Below are positions 1 through 8,047 of a stretch of 21,309 nt of DNA, piece after piece. Under the pieces are notes generated by a model. That model did not search any database. It worked only from the letters and a program-made list of their open reading frames with translations, and was not told where the DNA came from. The first letter of the stretch is position 1. Every line of letters starts with the position of its first letter. Source of the stretch: Promethearchaeota archaeon (lineage in GTDB: Archaea > Asgardarchaeota > Lokiarchaeia > Sigyniarchaeales > SOKP01); the NCBI GenBank assembly GCA_019894975.1, contig JAGXNO010000050.1:1-21309 (forward strand). Reading direction: 5' to 3'. The translations under genes were made by a program, and so were the position numbers.

Positions 1-1
1 A

Positions 2-1168
2 GTTGTGTTTCTAACCCATATGGGTTTCACGAGAACTTATCATGGAGATATTTCCTTACGAGGGGTTATTTCTGTGGCAGCAATAACTGGAAATGTAACG
101 ACGACAGTAAGCTCGGGATATATGCCCGCAGCCTTAAATTGGAATCCATTTCTTAAAGCTATCCCTAACAAACCAAGTTATCATAGAATAGGAATCCTTA
201 ATCTATATGATGCGGTTATTTCTGGGAATCCATACCCAATAAAGGCTCTTTGGTTTGCTTTTATTAATTTCCTAAATCAATGCGCTAACTCTAATAAAAT
301 TATCGAGCAATTCTATCCAAACGTAGAATTCATTGTACAAACTGAATTATTTATGACTCCATCAACGCGATATGCTGACCTAATTCTTCCCGTCTGTAGC
401 TTTTTAGAATTTTCTGATTTTATAGCTCAACCTTATCCTAATATTCAACTTCAACAAAAAGTTATTGAACCTTTATATGAGTCTAAATCTGATGCAATTA
501 TTGTATCTGAACTTGCAGAACGTCTCGGTTTCGGAGAATATTTCCAAGGTGGAGAGGAGGGCTTAATTGATCTTATCATGGCAAATCGCTCCTTCGAAGG
601 AATTACACGAGAAACTTTGAAGAATCAAGCGGTGCAATTACCACCCCTCCCAGAGGGAGCAAGTTTTCCACTTAGCTTTGGGACACCTTCAAGGAAAATT
701 GAATTATATGCAGAACAGCTATATGAGGATGGGGAAGCTCTTCCTGTCTATTTACCACCAATTGAAGCACCAATTACACCTGGTATTAAGAAGTACCCAT
801 TAACACTTATTAATGGTCATAGTCGTTTCCGTACTCATTCTATGTTTGCAAATGTGGAATCTTTACTAGATCTAAATCCTGAACCATTGGTAGATATTCA
901 CCCAATTGATGCTGAGAAACGAAATATAAACACTAATGATATGGTTACTGTATATAATGATAGAGCTCGAACAACACTAAAAGCTAGAGTAACCGAAGGA
1001 GTGAAACCAGGTGTATTGGATATTACTGAAGGGTGGTGGATAGAACAATTTAAAGAGGGAAGTTTGAATCATCTGACACATGATATAATTAATCCCGTAC
1101 AAGATAAAATATATGAACCGAACATGCATATGAATGATGTTGCTGTGGAGGTGGAAAAAAATGAGTAA
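2..1168 (+). CDS. DMSO-reductase-family molybdopterin (bis-MGD) oxidoreductase catalytic subunit, C-terminal part (5'-truncated by window edge)
   Basis: Frame is open from base 2. Contains 'ELFMTPSTRYADLILP', 'QQKVIEPLYESKSD', 'FGTPSRKIELY', and a C-terminal molybdopterin dinucleotide-binding domain 'YPLTLINGHSRFRTHS...IHPIDAEKRNI...VYNDRA...VTEGVKPGV...EGWW'. Followed by a DmsB-like gene. Confidence 0.92.
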   Translation, partial: VVFLTHMGFTRTYHGDISLRGVISVAAITGNVTTTVSSGYMPAALNWNPFLKAIPNKPSYHRIGILNLYDAVISGNPYPIKALWFAFINFLNQCANSNKIIEQFYPNVEFIVQTELFMTPSTRYADLILPVCSFLEFSDFIAQPYPNIQLQQKVIEPLYESKSDAIIVSELAERLGFGEYFQGGEEGLIDLIMANRSFEGITRETLKNQAVQLPPLPEGASFPLSFGTPSRKIELYAEQLYEDGEALPVYLPPIEAPITPGIKKYPLTLINGHSRFRTHSMFANVESLLDLNPEPLVDIHPIDAEKRNINTNDMVTVYNDRARTTLKARVTEGVKPGVLDITEGWWIEQFKEGSLNHLTHDIINPVQDKIYEPNMHMNDVAVEVEKNE

Positions 1169-1745
1169 AAACAAACAACTCGGAATGATTATTGATCAAG
1201 AAAGATGCATTGGATGCGAAGCATGTACAATAGCCTGTAAAATTGAAAATAATTCCACTGATTATTGGATAAAAGTTGAAACTCAAGGTGGTGCTGTGAA
1301 AGATACTCCTGCTGGAAATTTTCCCAATTTGACTATGGATTTTCTTCCTAAATTGTGTAATCATTGCGAGAATCCCCCTTGCGTTGATTCTTGTCCTGAA
1401 GCTGCCATCCAACAAAGAGATGATGGGATTGTTATTTTAGAACAGGAATTATGTACTGGATGCCAGTCGTGTTTAACAGCATGCCCCTATAATATTATTG
1501 TTTTCGATGATGAGAATAACCTTGCGGGAAAATGTAATTTCTGCTTTCATAGGGTGGATCAGGGACTTGAACCTTTCTGTGTAATATGTTGTGAAGGTCA
1601 AGCGCTATATTTTGGAGATTTAAACGACTCTTCTAGTGTTGTTTCAAAATTGAAATCTGAAAAAAACTCTTATCGACTTAAACTTGAAACAGAAACAAAC
1701 CCAAAGGTTTATTATATTCCATCTCAACCCAAAAAAAGGCTTTGA
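1161..1745 (+). CDS. dmsB: 4x[4Fe-4S] electron-transfer subunit (DmsB/NrfC-like)
   Basis: Four Cys groups: CIGCEACTIAC, CNHCENPPCVDSC, CTGCQSCLTAC, CNFC...CVICC. Start re-called at ATG 1161 (MSKNKQLGMIIDQERC), which overlaps the upstream stop (ATGAGTAA) and follows SD GGAGGTG at 1147-1153. Confidence 0.92.
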   Translation: MSKNKQLGMIIDQERCIGCEACTIACKIENNSTDYWIKVETQGGAVKDTPAGNFPNLTMDFLPKLCNHCENPPCVDSCPEAAIQQRDDGIVILEQELCTGCQSCLTACPYNIIVFDDENNLAGKCNFCFHRVDQGLEPFCVICCEGQALYFGDLNDSSSVVSKLKSEKNSYRLKLETETNPKVYYIPSQPKKRL

Positions 1746-1969
1746 TCTTTAATTTATTTCTTTCTGTTTTTCAATTACTCTACAAAAATTTCAGTAATAG
1801 ATTTCCTAAAGATGGGATATCTTTAATTTCAGCAGCTTGGCTTGTTTTAGAGAAACTGGTTAAAGACAGTAATTTAAAGGCCTTTCCAATAGCTAAGTAA
1901 TTATTCTTATTAGCGTTTTCTTGGAAATTAAAAAGAAATTGATAAAAAAATATAATAAAATAGAATCTT

Positions 1970-3280
1970 TTATACATCTGTATTTTCAATAATCATTGCT
2001 GTTCCTTGACCACCGCCACAACACATTGTAGCGAGACCATACTTTGCCTTTTTCTCTTTGAGGATTCTTGCTAAGCTGCCAACTATTCTAGGGCCTGTTG
2101 CTGCGATTGGATGGCCAAGTGCAATTCCACCGCCTTTAACATTAACATCATCTAACCTGTCGTCTAATCCCATCTCATGAACCCAGTTAAGACCTACAAT
2201 AGCAAAAGCCTCATTAATTTCCCAAAAGGCAATATCATCAGTTGTTAATCCTGCATGTTTTAGTGCCATCCAAGATGCTGGAACCGGACCTCTCCCCATT
2301 ACAGTAGGATCAACCGCCCCATAACCAACTGAAACGATACGAGCTAACGGATCTAAATCATGTTTCTTCATAGCATCTTCTGACATTAGCAATAATGTAG
2401 CTGCTCCTGCATTTGTAGGGCATGAATTCCCTGCAGTCACTAAACCTTGTTCTGTTCCAAATTCTTTAACATATTCTTCCTTAGTCATGAGTGGTCTGTA
2501 ATATCCACCATCCCATCCAGGTTTACTTAAAGCCCTTAGATCTTTTGTTCCTTCATATGTAGCATTCTTTCTAACTGAAGTATCATGTTCTATTAATAAT
2601 GGAGTATCTTCATCACCTTCTGCATGAGCCATTATAGGGACAATTTCACCTTTGAAAAAACCTTCCTCTTGGGCTTTTCCAGCTAAGTTGTGACTGCGAA
2701 CTGAGAACCTATCATTATCTTCTTTTGTAAAAATGCCAGCATTCATTTCTGAGAGTTTTTGAGCAGTCTGTAACATTGAGTAAGAGCAGCGGAAATCAAC
2801 AACATCATCTACAAAAAGTTCATGGCCTCTCCTCATAGCTGGAGGTGTTTCTCTTACCGTTGAAGCTCTTTTTGGGTTTCTGGACATTGTCGCATTATTT
2901 TTCCCTGAAGCAATTACAACATCAGAATACCCCAAAGCAATGTTATCAAAGCCTATGGAGGCGCAAGTCATTCCTGAGCCACATTGTCTATCTAGTGCGA
3001 CAGATGATACTTTAGCGGGAAATTTAGATAAAAACAGGGGGTATCTCCCTCCAAAAGTTACATATTCAAAATTGAAATGAGTAGCTCCAATGTAAAACTC
3101 ATCTACATCTTCAGGTGTTAGTTTGCCCTTTAATCGATTGTCAAACATTTCGTTTATTGTTAAGGCAGTTAATTCATCAGGACGTAAGTTTCCAAGTACA
3201 TCTCTAGGGGGTTCTCTTGGTCGAGATCTTGAAAAAGGAGTTCTTATATAATCAGTAATGTATACATCTCTTATTTTCAT
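1970..3280 (-). CDS. Acetyl-CoA C-acyltransferase (thiolase), catalytic residues intact but loops divergent
   Basis: DRQCGSG (nucleophile Cys), EINEAFA, GGGIALGHP, MCCGGGQG. Archaeal-type N-terminus 'DYIRTPFSRSRPREPPRDV'. SD AGAGGT upstream. Confidence 0.93.
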   Translation of the reverse strand: MKIRDVYITDYIRTPFSRSRPREPPRDVLGNLRPDELTALTINEMFDNRLKGKLTPEDVDEFYIGATHFNFEYVTFGGRYPLFLSKFPAKVSSVALDRQCGSGMTCASIGFDNIALGYSDVVIASGKNNATMSRNPKRASTVRETPPAMRRGHELFVDDVVDFRCSYSMLQTAQKLSEMNAGIFTKEDNDRFSVRSHNLAGKAQEEGFFKGEIVPIMAHAEGDEDTPLLIEHDTSVRKNATYEGTKDLRALSKPGWDGGYYRPLMTKEEYVKEFGTEQGLVTAGNSCPTNAGAATLLLMSEDAMKKHDLDPLARIVSVGYGAVDPTVMGRGPVPASWMALKHAGLTTDDIAFWEINEAFAIVGLNWVHEMGLDDRLDDVNVKGGGIALGHPIAATGPRIVGSLARILKEKKAKYGLATMCCGGGQGTAMIIENTDV

Positions 3281-3320
3281 AATTTTTAAACCTCTTTTAT
3301 TTCTTTTACCTCATATTTTA

Positions 3321-4652
3321 CTAATCTAAATTTTCAATTACTACAGCAGTTCCTTGACCGCCACCGCATGACATAGCAGCGAGTCCGTATTTAGCCTTTT
3401 TCTCTTTGAGAATTCTAGCTAATGTTGTTGTGATCCTCAAACCTGTAGCGGATGCGGGATTCCCTATCGCTATTGCTCCTCCATGAATATTCATTTTATT
3501 TTCCCAATCAATCCCTAATTTTTTAGCAGCATTAAGTGCTACAACACTAAAGGATTCGTTGATTTCAAAATAATCAATATCTCCTACTGTTAAATTTGCA
3601 TGTTTTAACGCCATTTGGGATGCGGGTAACACACCTCTTCCTCTTACAGTTGGATCTACTCCGGCAAAACCAATGGAGATAACTTTCGAAATGGGTTTCA
3701 AATTGTATTCTTCTAATGCATTTTTAGATGCTATTATACATAGTGAAGCCCCATTACTTATTGGAGAGCTATTTCCTGTCGTTATTATACCCTCTTCAGT
3801 TCCAAATTTCTTAAGATATTCCTCTTTAGAAATCACAGGATTTTTATAACCACCCGCCCATCCTGGAGTACTTATAGAAGGCATGCTAGCAATATTTTCC
3901 AAAGTAACTGCTTTTTTAATAGATTGATCTGTTTCAATGTCGATTTGGGCATCAGTGTCACCTACTTCATGACCCTTAAGAGACATAATTTCCTCTTTGA
4001 AATATCCACTTTCCAAAGCTTTTTCTGCTAGGCTATGACTACGTGCACCAAATTTATCCATTTCCTCTTTCGTAACATGATCTGCTTCTTCTTCCGCGAG
4101 TTTCTGAGCTGATTGGAATAATAAACGACTCGTTTTCCAATCATATAAATCATCATTATACCATTTGTTATCCGGATCAAGCATAAGTTTATCTGGGGGT
4201 ATTCCAAATACTGTTACTTTTCCATCATAGGTATGTAGCGGAACCCGAGTAAATTGATCAAAACCAACAGAGACTACTACATCGGAATAGCCCATTGAAA
4301 TATTTGCGAAACCAACATGCAAAGTTGTCATACCAGAACCGTCTTGTCTGTCAAATACCGTCGCGGGTACATGAAAGGGAAATTTTGCCATAAAAATAGG
4401 GATTCGTCCCCCAAATGTCCCGTGCTCATGTTGTAGTAAGGCACTACCAACCAAAACCTCACTAACATCCTCACGCTTCAGCGTACTACCTTTGTTTGGT
4501 ATTCTGTTATCAAACATGTCCAATAAAGCATGAGCTGCAAGTTCTAATCCCTGCTTCTCACTAAAAACATCAGCAGCAGGATCTAGAGGATTTGCTTGAG
4601 AAAATGGTGTCCTTACATGGTCTACTAAATATACTTCTTTTGCTTCTTTCAT
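3321..4652 (-). CDS. Thiolase-fold protein lacking canonical catalytic residues (pseudo-thiolase / non-canonical thiolase)
   Basis: Full-length alignment to the two neighbouring thiolases, but DRQDGSG (C->D), NESFS, GGAIAIGNP (H->N) and MSCGGGQG (C->S at the CxGGG position). Confidence 0.9.
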   Translation of the reverse strand: MKEAKEVYLVDHVRTPFSQANPLDPAADVFSEKQGLELAAHALLDMFDNRIPNKGSTLKREDVSEVLVGSALLQHEHGTFGGRIPIFMAKFPFHVPATVFDRQDGSGMTTLHVGFANISMGYSDVVVSVGFDQFTRVPLHTYDGKVTVFGIPPDKLMLDPDNKWYNDDLYDWKTSRLLFQSAQKLAEEEADHVTKEEMDKFGARSHSLAEKALESGYFKEEIMSLKGHEVGDTDAQIDIETDQSIKKAVTLENIASMPSISTPGWAGGYKNPVISKEEYLKKFGTEEGIITTGNSSPISNGASLCIIASKNALEEYNLKPISKVISIGFAGVDPTVRGRGVLPASQMALKHANLTVGDIDYFEINESFSVVALNAAKKLGIDWENKMNIHGGAIAIGNPASATGLRITTTLARILKEKKAKYGLAAMSCGGGQGTAVVIENLD

Positions 4653-4760
4653 ATTTCATTTTCTCTTTTTTGTTTAAAATATATAGAATATAATGTTGAA
4701 ATTTATCGATTGAATAAATATTTTCAGATGATCAGAAATAGGCAGGATTTCTATCTTTAA

Positions 4761-4790
4761 GAAAAAAGAAATTAGAAAAAAAATAAGAAA
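4761..4790 (-). terminator. Oligo-T tract, candidate archaeal terminator after the crotonase gene
   Basis: Minus strand reads TTTCTTATTTTTTTTCTAATTTCTTTTTTC just after the stop codon. Confidence 0.45.
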
Positions 4791-4792
4791 TA

Positions 4793-5575
4793 TTACTTCC
4801 CCTTAAATACTGGTTTACGTTTTTCAACAAAAGCCGTAGCTGCTTCTCTATGATCCTCCGAAGCATAACATTTGGCATTAAATTCACTTTCAACGTTTAA
4901 CATTTCAGCAAATAATTTATCGTAACCTCTATTTACTGCTTCCTTGGAAAGGGCTAATGCAATAGGTGCTTGGTCTGCTAGATGATTCGCAAATTCCATT
5001 GTTTTTGGTAATAATTCTTCAGGGGGAAATACAGCATTTACTAAGCCAATCTTCATAGCCTCCTCAGCGAAAATACGTTTACCACTAAAAATAAGCTCCT
5101 TTGCTTTATGAATACCTATAAATTTGGGGAGCAGGAAACTCCCATTCATATCGGGAATTAATCCCATACGAATAAAGAATTCCCCAAAACTCGCTTTTTC
5201 TGAGGCATAAATGATATCGCAACTTAGAGTTAAATTGGTTCCAAATCCAACGGCTACACCATTTACAGCGGCAATAATGGGCTTGTATAAACGGAAGAAA
5301 TCATAAGGGTGTATAGTCACCCTACCTCCTGCGATTTCTTCCCTAAATTTACCACTCGCAAATTCCTGTACATCTGCTCCTGCACAAAATGCTTTTCCTG
5401 CTCCAGTGATAACTATTGCTCTCACATCAGAATCTTCTTTGGCTACCTTTAGAGAATTTTTCAAATCAGCATTCATCTGTACATTGATTGCGTTCATTCT
5501 TTCAGGACGATTAAGTGTAATTAATGCCACCATACCTTTTTTCTCATAAATAATTGTCTCATATTCAGGACTCAT
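4793..5575 (-). CDS. Enoyl-CoA hydratase/isomerase (crotonase) family protein, PaaG-like isomerase type
   Basis: 'ITLNRPERMNA', 'AFCAGADV', 'AAVNGVAVGFG', 'GLIPD', C-terminal 'AFVEKRKPVFKGK'. The two hydratase Glu positions are N and F. Start re-called at ATG 5575 (MSPEYE), behind SD GAAGGTG. Confidence 0.9.
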   Translation of the reverse strand: MSPEYETIIYEKKGMVALITLNRPERMNAINVQMNADLKNSLKVAKEDSDVRAIVITGAGKAFCAGADVQEFASGKFREEIAGGRVTIHPYDFFRLYKPIIAAVNGVAVGFGTNLTLSCDIIYASEKASFGEFFIRMGLIPDMNGSFLLPKFIGIHKAKELIFSGKRIFAEEAMKIGLVNAVFPPEELLPKTMEFANHLADQAPIALALSKEAVNRGYDKLFAEMLNVESEFNAKCYASEDHREAATAFVEKRKPVFKGK

Positions 5576-5793
5576 AACAAATAACACCTTCAAACTAATT
5601 CTGTTAATAATATGTTAGTTTTTACTTTGTATTAATTAAAATTGATTATTGGACTATTTAATTCTTTTTTGGATAATTGGAAAAACAGCGCAACAGTAGT
5701 TATCAAGTTAAAAAATAAAATTTTATTATCATCCCAATTTAAATAAACTATTAACTATATTTTGACCAAAAAAAAAATATATGATGATAAAAA

Positions 5794-6921
5794 ATGAGTG
5801 AAGCTGAATATCAAAAAGCTCTTAAGATTTTATTTAAATCAGGAGGATTTCAATTCCCCTTCTCAGAAACTATACATGAAATTCTAAAAATAACTATTAA
5901 AGATGAAAACCTAGATTTCATGATGGCTTTTGAAAACCAGAAATCTCAAACTATGGAACAATTAAAGGAGAGTAGTGGATTATCTGAAGAAGAAATCTTA
6001 AAAAAAGCGGATGCTTTAGCAAAAATGGGGGTAATAATTAACCAACCTAATACTCAAGGGGTTATGGTATATCAAATGTTTCCGTTTCACAGGCAGTTTG
6101 AATACATATTTATGAAAAACCTTGAAAAAACAGAGGAAAATTATAAGCTAGCAAAGTTATTCTATAAATTGAATGAAGAACATAGCGATATAGTCCAATC
6201 TCAATATGATGGATATAGTGCTGCATTGAATCGTATGCCACCAATGGATCGTACAGTACCCATATTAGAAAATTTGGAAACAGGTGAAGAGATTAATATT
6301 ATCGTAAATGAAGAATTAGAAGTTCCTAAGGAAAAAATATTACCCGCTCAAAAAATTAGAGAACTTATTGAAAAATATGATGATATTGCAGTAGGTAACT
6401 GCTATTGTCGTCAACATCAAGAATTCTTGGATAATCCCTGTAAGATGATCGATCTTATACCAAGTTGTATGACTTTAGGGAAATCAGCAAGACATACTTC
6501 TAATCACGGTTTCTCTAAATTAGTGTCTAAAGAAGAAGCTTTAGAAATCCTTAAAAAATGTGAAGATGCGGGATTAGTCCATAAAGCTTATCATAAATAC
6601 GGTAATTCTTCAGCCGAGGAAGTCGCAATCTGTAATTGTTGCAATTGTTGTTGCATGACTGCTCGAGATTGCTTAATTTTTCCTGTAGTCAATGAAACTA
6701 ATTATCTAGCTGAAATTGATGAAGATTTATGTATAGGATGTGGTACTTGCGTAGATCTATGCTATAATAAAGCAATTTCGTTAAATGATGATGATAAAGC
6801 AGAAAGAATTGAAGAATTCTGTGCGGGATGTGGTGTGTGTGCTTATCATTGCTCTGAAAATGCAATTTCTCTTGTGGAAGGACCAAGGATGGTAAGAATG
6901 CTCCCTCCACGTAAAAACTAA
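5794..6921 (+). CDS. Cys-rich Fe-S protein: N-terminal winged-helix-like segment, CxCR and ICNCCxCCC motifs, C-terminal 2x[4Fe-4S] ferredoxin domain
   Basis: CIGCGTCVDLC and CAGCGVCAYHC ferredoxin motifs; GNCYCRQ; ICNCCNCCCM. 20 Cys in total. Confidence 0.88.
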   Translation: MSEAEYQKALKILFKSGGFQFPFSETIHEILKITIKDENLDFMMAFENQKSQTMEQLKESSGLSEEEILKKADALAKMGVIINQPNTQGVMVYQMFPFHRQFEYIFMKNLEKTEENYKLAKLFYKLNEEHSDIVQSQYDGYSAALNRMPPMDRTVPILENLETGEEINIIVNEELEVPKEKILPAQKIRELIEKYDDIAVGNCYCRQHQEFLDNPCKMIDLIPSCMTLGKSARHTSNHGFSKLVSKEEALEILKKCEDAGLVHKAYHKYGNSSAEEVAICNCCNCCCMTARDCLIFPVVNETNYLAEIDEDLCIGCGTCVDLCYNKAISLNDDDKAERIEEFCAGCGVCAYHCSENAISLVEGPRMVRMLPPRKN

Positions 6922-7047
6922 ATCATAAAACCATATTTTCATTCCTTTTTCTTTTAACTTAAAATTATAGGTAAATTCATTAATTTGAGAGAGGATAAAT
7001 AACAACCGTCTTTCAATTCCCCAATCTGGATTGCATAAAATATAGTT

Positions 7048-7067
7048 AAAAAGAAAAAAAATAAAAA
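7048..7067 (-). terminator. Oligo-T tract after the second hydratase-2 gene
   Basis: Minus strand reads TTTTTATTTTTTTTCTTTTT about 10 nt after the stop; convergent with the Fe-S gene. Confidence 0.45.
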
Positions 7068-7076
7068 TTTCGAAAC

Positions 7077-7913
7077 TTATTCTACAATGGCATATGCGTT
7101 CCCAAGTACAACTGGACCTCGGTCAGTTCGTAATTGAATGATATAACGACCATTATCTTTCCAACCTTCAGTCGTAAGGGTTTCTCCCGGGAACACAACG
7201 TCTTTGAATCTTGCACTGAATTCTTTAAACCGAGAAACATCCCCATCACATAACTCATTTACAATAGCACGTGTAGCAATCCCGTATGTACATAATCCAT
7301 GAAGGATTGGTTTTGGTTGACGTGCCATTTTCGCAAAATTTGGATCGATATGCAGTGGATTAAGATCTCCATTTAGTCTATAATATGCTGCTTGATTGGG
7401 ACTGGTTTGATAAGAACTGCTAAAATCTGGTTCTACACCTTCGGGAGGATTAATTGGCTCAGTTTTTGGTCCTGGATCCCCTCCAAAACCTCCTGAACCG
7501 GCAACGAAAAAGACATACTTCGTATCAAAGATATGCTCGCCTTCTAACGAATGTCCGGATACTTTTGTATGGATGAGAGCTGCTTTACCTTTACCTTTAT
7601 CGTATATATGTTCTATGACACCTTTTGTTTTTATGGTTCCACTTGGTTTAAATGGAACATAAACTCGGATTAATTGCTCACCATGTAATAAACGGACATA
7701 ATCAGTTCCTTGAGGGAAAAGCATTCCGCTCCCCGCTACTATCGTTGCAAAACTGGGAAATACTTTCATCCCGCCTTGTACTCTTTCATAAACAAAGGAT
7801 AAATCTTCTGCTTGTGCCCCAATTCCCAAATTATACAAGGCAATCCTTTTCCAATCATACTCAAATGTTCCTTCTTTTGTTTGTCCTACTGAATCTAATT
7901 CTATTTTTGACAT
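7077..7913 (-). CDS. (R)-specific enoyl-CoA hydratase 2 (MaoC double hot-dog, MFE-2 hydratase-like), copy 2
   Basis: Hydratase-2 motif YRLNGDLNPLHIDP (D-x4-H), PILHGLCTYG, LLHGEQ, YDKGKG, GSGGFGG, VFPGETL. Confidence 0.93.
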   Translation of the reverse strand: MSKIELDSVGQTKEGTFEYDWKRIALYNLGIGAQAEDLSFVYERVQGGMKVFPSFATIVAGSGMLFPQGTDYVRLLHGEQLIRVYVPFKPSGTIKTKGVIEHIYDKGKGKAALIHTKVSGHSLEGEHIFDTKYVFFVAGSGGFGGDPGPKTEPINPPEGVEPDFSSSYQTSPNQAAYYRLNGDLNPLHIDPNFAKMARQPKPILHGLCTYGIATRAIVNELCDGDVSRFKEFSARFKDVVFPGETLTTEGWKDNGRYIIQLRTDRGPVVLGNAYAIVE

Positions 7914-8047
7914 TCCTATTTTTCACTTCTTTTTCTAAATTGAATTTTTTGAGTAATTATACTAAATACGGATCAAATTAAAAATAATTTCTAAAAAATG
8001 AGTATTTAAAAAAGGTAAATAAAAGGGATTTAAAAGGCAAAATTATT

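Noticed and set aside
1134-1160. Longer N-terminus for the left DmsB-like ORF (MMLLWRWKK)
   Set aside because: Lies inside the upstream gene; the SD and family N-terminus support ATG 1161.
1743-1969. Selenocysteine recoding or a SECIS element after the molybdoenzyme operon
   Set aside because: No gene in the window is interrupted by an in-frame TGA, the two TGA stops fall at normal C-termini, and I see no convincing SECIS-like stem. The missing N-termini cannot be assessed.
3321-4652. Calling the deviant thiolase a pseudogene
   Set aside because: No frameshift or internal stop, full length, structural motifs conserved, and catalytic positions are specifically replaced.
4730-4757. Small hairpin AGAAAT-AGGCAGG-ATTTCT as an ncRNA or terminator
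   Set aside because: Short AT-rich stem expected by chance; no other support.
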